In this document: positions 49,039 to 57,298 of the stretch, one piece after another
How positions within the stretch are numbered: the stretch's first letter is position 1
Layout of the letters: the number at the start of each line of letters is the position of its first letter
DNA from: Poseidonia sp.
GTDB taxonomy: Archaea > Thermoplasmatota > Poseidoniia > Poseidoniales > Poseidoniaceae
DNA: 64,000 bases
Assembly (NCBI GenBank): GCA_030827745.1
Contig: JAURDW010000001.1
Location: 5,815-69,814 of the forward strand
Direction of reading: 5' to 3'
Translations under genes and position numbers: made by a program
The notes under the pieces: generated by a model
The model's input: the letters and a program-made list of their open reading frames with translations, nothing else
What the model was told of the DNA's origin: nothing
Database searches by the model: none

Positions 49039-50205
49039 ATGGCCAAACCAAGTCCCCTGCCCTTGCTCGGTACCGGTGACAAAGGTCTTCGCATCCACGA
49101 TTTGGTCAAAGCACCTGCAAACACACCGTGGGCAAAAGCTCGGCAGCAATCTTGGGATGCATCGGAACCCGCAACGGTGTACACCACGCCCGAAGTGCTT
49201 GCGGATGGAACGCCGTGCACGGCTGTCACCGTGATTCTTCGCACCAAAGGATGCCATTGGTGGTGGTCGTCAGGATGCACTTTTTGCGGGTATTTCAACG
49301 ACACTCGGGACGACGTGACCAACGAAGATCTGCACGCCCAGTGGGCGGCAGCTAAGAAGAAATTCAACCATTTCGAAGAACAGCAAATGGTCAAGGTGTA
49401 CACCTCAGGCAGCCTCTTGGAAGACCGAGAAATTCCCGTTGCGTTCCAAGAAACCGTGTTGAGGGACTGCCACGACCTCGGCAAGGAACTGATCGTTGAA
49501 AGTCGATGTGAGCAACTTACGGAAGCCAAACTTGCCTGGGCAACGGCCATCAATCCCTCCTTCACGGTGGCCATCGGCTTGGAAGCCTACGACGATGAAG
49601 TGCTCCGTTTCCATGTCAACAAAGGGTTCTCCACTGCTTCTTGGGACCGCGCTGTGACCAATCTTCAGGCCTTCAATCTCCGAATCAAGACCTACTTGAT
49701 GTTCAAACCGCCCTTCATGAGCGAAGCCGATGCCCTCGACCATTGCGTGACGTGGATAAAAGCCGTTGCTGAGCGTTCGGACGAAATTTCCGTGAATCCG
49801 ATGAACATTCAGCGAGGGACGGTGATCGACCGCCTCCATCGGCACAACGAATACCGCCCTCCGTGGCTTTGGTCGCTGGTTGAAATGATTCAGCGTGTCC
49901 ATGATGTCATCCATCCAAACGGAGGTATGAACGGTGACGAGGACCAGGTGTCCCGCCTCATCGTCCATCCCACGGCAGGTGGGAAAATACGCGGTTCCCA
50001 CAACTGTGGCTCATGCGATGGCGAAGTTGTTGCCGCCATTGAGCGGTATGCCGTTTCGGGCAGCATGCTCGAGTTCGAAGGGTTGGCGTGCACATGCCGC
50101 ACCGTTTGGCAAACTGAGGTGAACCTCGAGCGCCAACTCCCGCTTCCTCTCGGTATTTCCAAACCACGCCGCGGGCGGGTGGTGGATGCGCTTCGCTCCC
50201 CGTGA
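49039..50205 (+). CDS. Radical-SAM-like protein with a non-canonical Cx7Cx2C motif (possibly an archaeosine-pathway RaSEA-type enzyme).
   Basis: TKGCHWWWSSGCTFCGY cysteine triad plus a downstream SGSLLEDRE-type region; about 390 aa. The family guess is tentative. Confidence 0.45.
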   Translation: MAKPSPLPLLGTGDKGLRIHDLVKAPANTPWAKARQQSWDASEPATVYTTPEVLADGTPCTAVTVILRTKGCHWWWSSGCTFCGYFNDTRDDVTNEDLHAQWAAAKKKFNHFEEQQMVKVYTSGSLLEDREIPVAFQETVLRDCHDLGKELIVESRCEQLTEAKLAWATAINPSFTVAIGLEAYDDEVLRFHVNKGFSTASWDRAVTNLQAFNLRIKTYLMFKPPFMSEADALDHCVTWIKAVAERSDEISVNPMNIQRGTVIDRLHRHNEYRPPWLWSLVEMIQRVHDVIHPNGGMNGDEDQVSRLIVHPTAGGKIRGSHNCGSCDGEVVAAIERYAVSGSMLEFEGLACTCRTVWQTEVNLERQLPLPLGISKPRRGRVVDALRSP

Positions 50206-50302
50206 GAACGCCTCGCAGGCCTTGTCTTTCGTCGTTGGGCGTGGTGAATGTTTATCACCGCCCGTTCAGTCGGAGGCTTGACCCCTATGGGGTCAATTTG
50301 AG

Positions 50303-50584
50303 GTGCACCGCATGACGAACACTCGAGCCCTCCCCGACACGACCGTCGGTACGGGCGAACCCACGGCCAGCAGGATTGTTTTGACGCTCTTTTTCGTTGG
50401 ACTTCTTGGCTTGTACTCCCTCTTTTCAAACGTCTTCGGATGGGACAACCTCCCCCTTTTGGGTGAACTTGTCCCGTTGGTTCAGAATCTTGGTGGCAGT
50501 GGCATTTGGTACTACCTCATCGGGTTCCTTATCGGCGTCGGTGCAATCGTTGCAACTTTGGTGGGCGAGGTCCTCGCTGAGTGA
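50303..50584 (+). CDS. Small membrane protein (2 TM).
   Basis: Hydrophobic stretches IVLTLFFVGLLGLYSLF and IWYYLIGFLIGVGAIVATLV. Confidence 0.4.
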   Translation: MHRMTNTRALPDTTVGTGEPTASRIVLTLFFVGLLGLYSLFSNVFGWDNLPLLGELVPLVQNLGGSGIWYYLIGFLIGVGAIVATLVGEVLAE

Positions 50585-50598
50585 AGGAGGTGTGATGC

Positions 50599-52581
50599 AT
50601 GGAAACGGTTTTCCTCGCTGGCGGCTTTATGATTGGCGCCTTGTTTTTGCTCTCGCAATCCCTCGCAAAGGGGGTGGGTTCGGTGGGCGGTGCCCTCCAA
50701 CACATCGGTCTGTTCGTCCTTCGGAAGAATCCCCCCGGCTTGGTCGATATTTTTGATGACAAAGACGGAAGCGGTTCCCGCACCTGGATGAATTTTGGCA
50801 TGCTTTGGCTGGTCTTTTCCAGCGTCCTTGGTTTCCTTTGGGGGTGGCACAACTACGACCCTCACGCTTTGGATTCACTTGCAAGCGTTGGCTGGTCATA
50901 CGACGACGGTTCGTCGTTGAAAGACGTCACGGTCAACTTCCTGAGCATCGCTTTGCTGTACGGTTTGGTCGGAAGTGCGATGGTCGGCGCGGCACGCAAC
51001 GGCAACGGCCGTCTTGCCAGCGAGGCGAACGCCTCCATGGTCGCTCTCTTGCTTACCGTCGTCCTTCTTGCGAGTTACATTCTCCCGGTCATTTTTGGCT
51101 TCTTGGACATCGATACGTCGGAAAACCCCTTCCGCACCTTGCTGCTCAGCCTTGAGACGCTTGTCGTGGGCATGTTGTTGCTCCCGGTCTTCATCAATGT
51201 CCTCATAACGGTGGCCCAGCGGGGCGAACAAGAACTCCAAACCGGTGCTTGGTTCCTCATCATGGGTCTTGCCGCGTACATTCTCTCGATGTTCTTCGTG
51301 TTTTTCGGCGAACTCGCCGACGCCACCCAAGTCGTGTGGTTTGGAGAGCGCGTGGCGCTTGGATGGGCTCCGTTGGCGTTCATGTTTGCTGTGGGCTATC
51401 ACGTGATTCCCATGGCCTCAAAGCAACCGATTTGGTCCGGATCAATGCGCTCGGCCAGCATGTTCCTGCTCTTCGTGACCGTTCCCCCGTTTTTCATGTC
51501 CGATGCATCCGCCGGCAACTTCGTCACCAACCTCGGCGCCATTCTGCTGACCCTCGGGATGCTGCCAATTTTTGCAGCATCCATCAACCTGATCATGACC
51601 GCCTCCAGCGGTTTGAGCGCTGCGGTCAAGCATCCGGGGGCCATCGCAGGCGTCATGGCCTTCACGGTCCTGCCTTTCTTTGCCATCGGCGGCTATTTCA
51701 CCGCTATGGACACCTTTGTCGGCACGGGTGAACTTGGCTCCATGGCCCACGCCGTCAACCTCGGCATGCTCTTCACCGTGGGCGGCTTACTCGTTCTTGC
51801 GGGTGTCTTCACCAACTACCCGTTGGCGATTGGGAAGCCGCTGGCCACGCCTTCCAGCGCTCATCTCGCTTCGTGGATGGTGCTGATTGGAGGTGTAGCG
51901 TCCACGCTGGTCTACCTGACGGGAGAATTCACGGCCAACGCCGTTGCGGCTTCGGAGATTGAAGACGTGGTGGCGAACAACGGCGGGTTCTACCTAACGG
52001 GTTCCGGGTTGTTCTACATGCTCGGTATCGGTACCATTTTCGCCACCTTGGTGACCATCCGAACTGGCATTGCCTCCACCGGACGCACCATCGATGCGAC
52101 CGTGATATCGGACGTTTCCAGTTACACGCTCGTGGCCGGTTCCACCACCACCATTCGGTCGCTGATTGGCCGTGGTGTGGGCGTTGACACCGAACTGCTC
52201 GTCAGCGAGGCAGAGGAAATTGAGGGCGGCTCAACGATTATCGGCGTTGGAGCTGCACTTCATAACGACGAAATCACCGAATTCCCACCCACAACGGCAC
52301 GCGCACTGATCGATTTTGTTCAGTACTTGGTGGACACCAACCAGTCGGTGTTCGACCTCTTCCGAAGCATGGACCTTGACGACTCAGGGAAAATAGACAG
52401 CCGAGAATTCCTCGCCGCCCTTGAGGCCTCCAACATCACGGCGCTGTCCAGCATTGAAGCGGCTGAACTTGTGGAGAGCATGGACCTTGATGGCGACGGA
52501 GAATTGAATCTCCCTGAACTTGATATCGCCATCGCTCAAGTCAAGCGAGATCACGGCATCACGGCTTCCGAAGAGGAGTGA
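50599..52581 (+). CDS. Polytopic membrane protein (about 12 or more TM) with a C-terminal pair of canonical EF-hand Ca2+-binding loops.
   Basis: Many hydrophobic helices. C-terminal DLDDSGKIDSREF and DLDGDGELNLPEL each fit the 12-residue EF-loop consensus. A GYHVIPMAS segment is vaguely reminiscent of heme-copper oxidase helix VI. Confidence 0.55.
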   Translation: METVFLAGGFMIGALFLLSQSLAKGVGSVGGALQHIGLFVLRKNPPGLVDIFDDKDGSGSRTWMNFGMLWLVFSSVLGFLWGWHNYDPHALDSLASVGWSYDDGSSLKDVTVNFLSIALLYGLVGSAMVGAARNGNGRLASEANASMVALLLTVVLLASYILPVIFGFLDIDTSENPFRTLLLSLETLVVGMLLLPVFINVLITVAQRGEQELQTGAWFLIMGLAAYILSMFFVFFGELADATQVVWFGERVALGWAPLAFMFAVGYHVIPMASKQPIWSGSMRSASMFLLFVTVPPFFMSDASAGNFVTNLGAILLTLGMLPIFAASINLIMTASSGLSAAVKHPGAIAGVMAFTVLPFFAIGGYFTAMDTFVGTGELGSMAHAVNLGMLFTVGGLLVLAGVFTNYPLAIGKPLATPSSAHLASWMVLIGGVASTLVYLTGEFTANAVAASEIEDVVANNGGFYLTGSGLFYMLGIGTIFATLVTIRTGIASTGRTIDATVISDVSSYTLVAGSTTTIRSLIGRGVGVDTELLVSEAEEIEGGSTIIGVGAALHNDEITEFPPTTARALIDFVQYLVDTNQSVFDLFRSMDLDDSGKIDSREFLAALEASNITALSSIEAAELVESMDLDGDGELNLPELDIAIAQVKRDHGITASEEE

Positions 52582-52594
52582 GCATCGCTCGGTG

Positions 52595-53881
52595 ATGCAC
52601 GTGCGCATCGGTCTGGTAGGAAAGCCCAATGTCGGCAAATCCACATTCTTCAGCGCAGCCACGCTCGCCCAGGTCGACATCGCCAATTATCCGTTTTGCA
52701 CCATTGACCCGAACGTGGGCGTTGCCTTCGTCGAGGCAAGGTTGCCTTGTGCATGCCTAAGCCTCCGGGAGAAATTGGAAGGTGAGGGCCGATTGACCCC
52801 CCCTGCTCCGGATGACCCACGTAAGGGAAGTTTGTGCGAGCCTCGAACGGGGACCTGCATTGGCCATCGTCGTTCGGTCCCTGTCGCACTGGTTGACGTG
52901 GCCGGTCTCGTTCCCGGAGCCAGCGAGGGTCGTGGCAGGGGCAACGCCTTTCTTGCAGACCTCGCCCATTGCGACGTGCTGATTCAGGTGGTCGATGCAG
53001 CGGGAACCACCGATGAAGAAGGGCAATACCTCGGTGCCGCAGCCACGCTTGAAGATGCCTCGCAACGGGTAGAAGCCGAAATCGCCTTTCTTGAAAGCGA
53101 ACTTGATGCTTGGATTGGGGGATTGCTGAACGAGGGATGGAATCGAGGCGTACGCCGGGTGCAAGCCGAAGGCGAGAAAGGGCTTGTTTCGTTCATTCAC
53201 GAACGCTTGAGCGGCTTGGGTGCGACCCCTCCGCAGGTGGCGCAAGCAATGGCGCATTTCCGAGAACATGGCCCCGTTGAGAACCAACCCTGGGATTGGG
53301 GGCCCGATGTCCTCCAGCGGTTGGGTCAGAGTCTGAGGCTTCATCTCTTTCCCATCGTTTATGCAGCGAACAAGGCCGATATTTCGCCGCCTGGCGTGGT
53401 TGAACGGTTGGCGCATCGAACGGTTGTTGCCTGCATGGCGGACATGGAATTGGCGTTGCGGAGAGCGAACGATTCCGGTTTAATCAGCTACCGACCGGGA
53501 GATGTTTCCTTTGAAGTCACCTCGCAGGCTTCCATCAACGATGCGCAACAAAAAGCGCTTCAACACATGCAAACAAAATTGGCCTCGATGAACGGGACGG
53601 GTCTTGCACGTCTGCTTGACACCGTGCTGTTTGACCGATTGAACCGTATCGTGGTCTACCCCGTCTCGGATGAAACACATTGGGTCGACGGCGAAGGGCG
53701 GGTGCTTCCCGACGCTTTCGTCGTCCCTCAAAGCATTCATGCAAAGGCACTTGCTTCCCTTGTCCACACGGATTTGGGCGCCGGCTTCATCCGAGGGGTT
53801 GACGGGCGAACCCGTCGTGTGGTGGGTGCTGAACACGAACTTGGGGACGGTGACGTCCTCAAAATTCACGCCAAAACCTGA
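52595..53881 (+). CDS. YchF/OLA1-like P-loop GTPase/ATPase with a C-terminal TGS-like domain and a 4-Cys insertion.
   Basis: G1 GLVGKPNVGKST; FCTIDPNVGV; G3 DVAGLVPGASEGRG. Cys-containing insertion CACLSL...CEPRTGTCIGH. C-terminal DGDVLKI. The start is taken at ATG 52595. Confidence 0.7.
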   Translation: MHVRIGLVGKPNVGKSTFFSAATLAQVDIANYPFCTIDPNVGVAFVEARLPCACLSLREKLEGEGRLTPPAPDDPRKGSLCEPRTGTCIGHRRSVPVALVDVAGLVPGASEGRGRGNAFLADLAHCDVLIQVVDAAGTTDEEGQYLGAAATLEDASQRVEAEIAFLESELDAWIGGLLNEGWNRGVRRVQAEGEKGLVSFIHERLSGLGATPPQVAQAMAHFREHGPVENQPWDWGPDVLQRLGQSLRLHLFPIVYAANKADISPPGVVERLAHRTVVACMADMELALRRANDSGLISYRPGDVSFEVTSQASINDAQQKALQHMQTKLASMNGTGLARLLDTVLFDRLNRIVVYPVSDETHWVDGEGRVLPDAFVVPQSIHAKALASLVHTDLGAGFIRGVDGRTRRVVGAEHELGDGDVLKIHAKT

Positions 53882-53886
53882 ACACT

Positions 53887-54273
53887 TCAGTGGCCTTTGG
53901 GGCGATCGTAAGCGGGCGAAAGGCGTGCCATATCACCGGAATACCGACCGCCACGGTAAAGGAAAAGGACAGGGGCGGCGAGCGTGAGCAAGAGGAGCAA
54001 ACCGAGGAAGAAAAGACCCCATGGCTCAACATCCGCCAGCGTAGCGGCCCACAACACCCAGAGGAAAGGCAAGTAGAGGAAAATGCTGTAGCGTCGTGCC
54101 ACGGCAGAGAATCGCGCACCTGCGGTCCCTTTGTCAAAAAGAACTGGAACTTCTTCCTTGGTTACCAATCCCTTGTCCACGCCGCACTGAACGCACACTT
54201 GCGTTTTTGGTCCGTTGCCGTGGATGAAGAACTCCCGTGGGTAGGTGCTCCCGCAGTGGCGACAGGTTGGCAT
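53887..54273 (-). CDS. Zinc-ribbon membrane protein.
   Basis: N-terminal CRHCGS...CVQCG (Cx2C...Cx2C), followed by two TM helices. Confidence 0.45.
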   Translation of the reverse strand: MPTCRHCGSTYPREFFIHGNGPKTQVCVQCGVDKGLVTKEEVPVLFDKGTAGARFSAVARRYSIFLYLPFLWVLWAATLADVEPWGLFFLGLLLLLTLAAPVLFLYRGGRYSGDMARLSPAYDRPKGH

Positions 54274-54309
54274 GATGGTCCCTCATGTTACCCAGCGGGA
54301 AGGGATTCT

Positions 54310-56646
54310 TCAACCATCCGATTGAATTTCCAGAAAGGCCTTCAAGAGCAACAAGCCCTCAGGTGAGCCTACCGACTCAGGATGCACCTGCAAGCCGTGA
54401 ATAGGCAAGGTTGGATGAACCAAACCCATGACGAGTCCCGTCCCTTTTTCAAAGGCGTTCGGCCTCAACTCGGTTTCAGAAGATGTGGTCACGACCAAGG
54501 AATTGTATCGCGTCAAGGTCATGGCGTCGGCATCAACAGCACCGAACAGGCCTGACCCATCGTGTTCCACGGGGACAGGGACGCCGTGAACCGGTCCGTC
54601 CGGAGCCGGAACGATGTCCCATCCGTCGGCTTGAGCCAGGGCTTGGTGTCCTAAACAAACACCCAGAACGGGCACGTTGAGTTGGCCAGCGAGGGCGTGA
54701 TGCGCCAGGGCAAGGCTCAACGGGGCGTGGTGGGGTGTTCCCGGCCCCGGGCCAAGGACGATGTGCGATGGTTGAAGCTGGTCGAGCAGGTCGTTGAGCG
54801 TTCTCGGGTCAAGATACGCCTCCACGCTGGGCGAGCGCCCTTGTATCATCGTTACGTTATGTCCAAATTGGGCAAACGCATCAGCAATGTTCAGCGAAAA
54901 CGAATCGAGATTGTCCACGAACAACACCCCGGTGGAGTGCTCATTCCGCAGCGCCGACTTCAACGGCTGAATCATCCCCTTCGCATGGGTTTGAGCCGTG
55001 GAGGTTTGGGCTTCGATTGGATGGATGCTCAAGGATGCTTGAGGCAACGAGGCGTGCTCTGAACGCATCCAACCAGCAGCAACGCGAAGCGCAGAACCCT
55101 TCCATGCTGCCTCTTCGACTTCTTTGAGGGGATCTGAGGCGATGGTGATGCCACCTCCAGCACCCACCGAAGCGTGCCACTGCTTCCCTGTTCGGTGCGC
55201 TTCAAGCGTTCGAATCAGGATGTTCCAAGCACTCTCGCCTCCGTGAACATCAATGTAGCCCACCGAACCGGTCCAAAAGGACCTCGGCATCTCCTCAAGT
55301 TCATCGATGACGGCACACACCACCGTCCGGGGGCAACCGGTGATGGAGCCGCCTGGGAAGACGGCCTGCAACGCGTCGCTTGAGGTTACACCCTCGGCCA
55401 AACGAGACGTGATGTGGCTGACCAGATGCTGAACATTCGCGTACGCCTCGATGTCAAATCGACTCACAACAACGCTCCCGGGACGAGAAATTTGGGTGAG
55501 ATCGTTGCGCATTAAATCCACCAACATGCGATGTTCGGCTCGTTCTTTCTGGTCCTCGAGCATGGCGGTCCGCAACCTCTCTCGGTCCGTTTCGTTCTCG
55601 CCCTGCGGACAGGTGCCCTTGATGGGCGAGGTGGACAGATGCTCCGCCTCACTCACCAACAAGGATTCGGGTGATGAACTCGCCAGGGCGAATCCAAGGT
55701 CTTCGGCCTCGACATAGGCCGAGTACGGTGCTGGGTTCGTGGCCAGCAGGCGTTGAAACACCGCAAAGGGGTGATCAATTTCTCCCTGCCAGTGTTTTCC
55801 GACGTTCACCTGGTAGACTTGACCGTTGAAAATGCCTTCACGAACGGCCTCAATGTTTCCGCGATGGGTTTCATCCGTGTGGGTCACTGCCTCCCGGAAG
55901 GGCGTGGCCGGAGGGGCCTCTCGAGTTTCCGCCTTGGAGTTGAGGAGTGTGTCGGTTTTCTCGTGCCACTCATCGTCGTTTCCAAACACCTCGGTGTTTC
56001 CTGTTGCGTTTTCAACAACGACGCCCCCGTTGACACACCAAAGCACGGCAAGCAGGGTGCCTTCGGTGGGTGGATGTTGCAATTGAAGCGGCTGTGTCCA
56101 TTGGACAAGGTCGTACGCCAAGGCGCCGCACCAGAACGGACGCCGGGGAAACGGTGCATTGTGGGAATGATGAAACGGTTCATCGGAGGTTTCATGGCGT
56201 AACTTTTTCATCAAATCTCCGAGGTCCAACGCTCGAAGGGTGACGCTGTGGTACCACGATCCGTGCTTCCATTCCTCCACCTCTGCCTGCAAGGGTGGTT
56301 TTTGCTCAACCAAGTGAATCTCGCCTTTGAGCGGAGAATGTGGCTGGGCTGAAGGCATCGATTCTCGAGATGGTTGGCGTACAGTAACCCGTTTTTTTGC
56401 CGGTGCGCAGAGCAGCGACCATCGAGCCAAATGCGAAGCAGGACCTCCTGAAACGAGCATGGTCCGGTCGGCTGAACCGTAGCGTAGCGCTGCATCCCCG
56501 AGCAGGCCTCGGTCCGTCAAGCGTTCAGCGATGGCGATGATGTCATGCGCCACGTTCCTGCCCCGTTGTGGACCACGTCGCCTCGTTGGTAAAATGTTCC
56601 CGCAAGACCGTTTGGCATGTCGTTGAGAGCGCCGTTGAATCTCCAA
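54310..56646 (-). CDS. pabAB: Fused aminodeoxychorismate/anthranilate synthase: component I (chorismate-binding) plus C-terminal glutamine amidotransferase.
   Basis: Chorismate-binding motifs (PGGSITGCPRTVVCAVIDELE, SFWTGSVGYID) followed by a GATase-I domain (VLFVDNLDSFSLNIADAF...GVCLGHQAL). The start is uncertain, since the ORF's 5' end overlaps pabC by about 100 nt. Confidence 0.75.
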   Translation of the reverse strand: MEIQRRSQRHAKRSCGNILPTRRRGPQRGRNVAHDIIAIAERLTDRGLLGDAALRYGSADRTMLVSGGPASHLARWSLLCAPAKKRVTVRQPSRESMPSAQPHSPLKGEIHLVEQKPPLQAEVEEWKHGSWYHSVTLRALDLGDLMKKLRHETSDEPFHHSHNAPFPRRPFWCGALAYDLVQWTQPLQLQHPPTEGTLLAVLWCVNGGVVVENATGNTEVFGNDDEWHEKTDTLLNSKAETREAPPATPFREAVTHTDETHRGNIEAVREGIFNGQVYQVNVGKHWQGEIDHPFAVFQRLLATNPAPYSAYVEAEDLGFALASSSPESLLVSEAEHLSTSPIKGTCPQGENETDRERLRTAMLEDQKERAEHRMLVDLMRNDLTQISRPGSVVVSRFDIEAYANVQHLVSHITSRLAEGVTSSDALQAVFPGGSITGCPRTVVCAVIDELEEMPRSFWTGSVGYIDVHGGESAWNILIRTLEAHRTGKQWHASVGAGGGITIASDPLKEVEEAAWKGSALRVAAGWMRSEHASLPQASLSIHPIEAQTSTAQTHAKGMIQPLKSALRNEHSTGVLFVDNLDSFSLNIADAFAQFGHNVTMIQGRSPSVEAYLDPRTLNDLLDQLQPSHIVLGPGPGTPHHAPLSLALAHHALAGQLNVPVLGVCLGHQALAQADGWDIVPAPDGPVHGVPVPVEHDGSGLFGAVDADAMTLTRYNSLVVTTSSETELRPNAFEKGTGLVMGLVHPTLPIHGLQVHPESVGSPEGLLLLKAFLEIQSDG

Positions 56647-57289
56647 CGGGCTCTCCGTCTATGGAATCAATTCTGCACACACCCATGCCAGTGCCCACGA
56701 CAACAAGTTCTGCACATCTGGCCACCGTTCGTTCGTTGAGCCGGCCGCGAACCACGGGGAAGCCGAGCGTGGGCAGCGCTGCCTCTAGCACGGCGGCTGC
56801 AATGCCTTCCACACCCCCATCGCTCAACGGGGCCATCCAAACGGTTCCGTCTTCGTCCAGCAGCAATGGGGTCGCTCGGTCCGCATCCACGATGGCGTGG
56901 TCGTGAACGAGCAAGGCCACATCGCAACCATTCTGTTCAGCGATGGATTTGGCTTCTTGATAGGCGTCCCAATGGCCGTGTTTACATCCATTCGTGCGTT
57001 CGTTCCAGCGGGGTGCGGGATGCGTCACAGCGTCAACCGCTTCATCGTGCACCCCCATGGGCCGTTGCGTGACCTTCCATGCTCCGTCCTCGGGGCGATA
57101 GGCAATCCGGGCCAAACCTTGGCCACCTTCCCCTTTGATGGTGAGGTAGGGCAGGTCAGGCAACGGGAATCGTAACCGTTTCGCATGGGCTTGAAGTCGG
57201 GACATGTGCGCCGGCCAATCTGCAACCTTTCCGTTGGCGTCGACGCGCACGGTGGTGAAGACCTCGCTCCGGGGACCTTGGATACCCAT
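56543..57289 (-). CDS. pabC: Aminodeoxychorismate lyase-like class IV PLP aminotransferase (PabC).
   Basis: 248 aa, sitting in an operon immediately upstream of the pabAB fusion. Fold-IV-like pattern (ALLVHDHAIVDADRATPLL, LNERTVARCAELVVVGTGMGVCRI). Confidence 0.55.
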   Translation of the reverse strand: MGIQGPRSEVFTTVRVDANGKVADWPAHMSRLQAHAKRLRFPLPDLPYLTIKGEGGQGLARIAYRPEDGAWKVTQRPMGVHDEAVDAVTHPAPRWNERTNGCKHGHWDAYQEAKSIAEQNGCDVALLVHDHAIVDADRATPLLLDEDGTVWMAPLSDGGVEGIAAAVLEAALPTLGFPVVRGRLNERTVARCAELVVVGTGMGVCRIDSIDGEPVGDSTALSTTCQTVLREHFTNEATWSTTGQERGA

Positions 57290-57298
57290 GCGATGGCC

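Noticed and set aside
50599-52581. Annotation of the EF-hand membrane protein as a heme-copper oxidase or NO-reductase subunit I.
   Set aside because: The paired HH CuB ligands and the helix-X His pattern are not present; only a vague GYH(V)IP resemblance exists.
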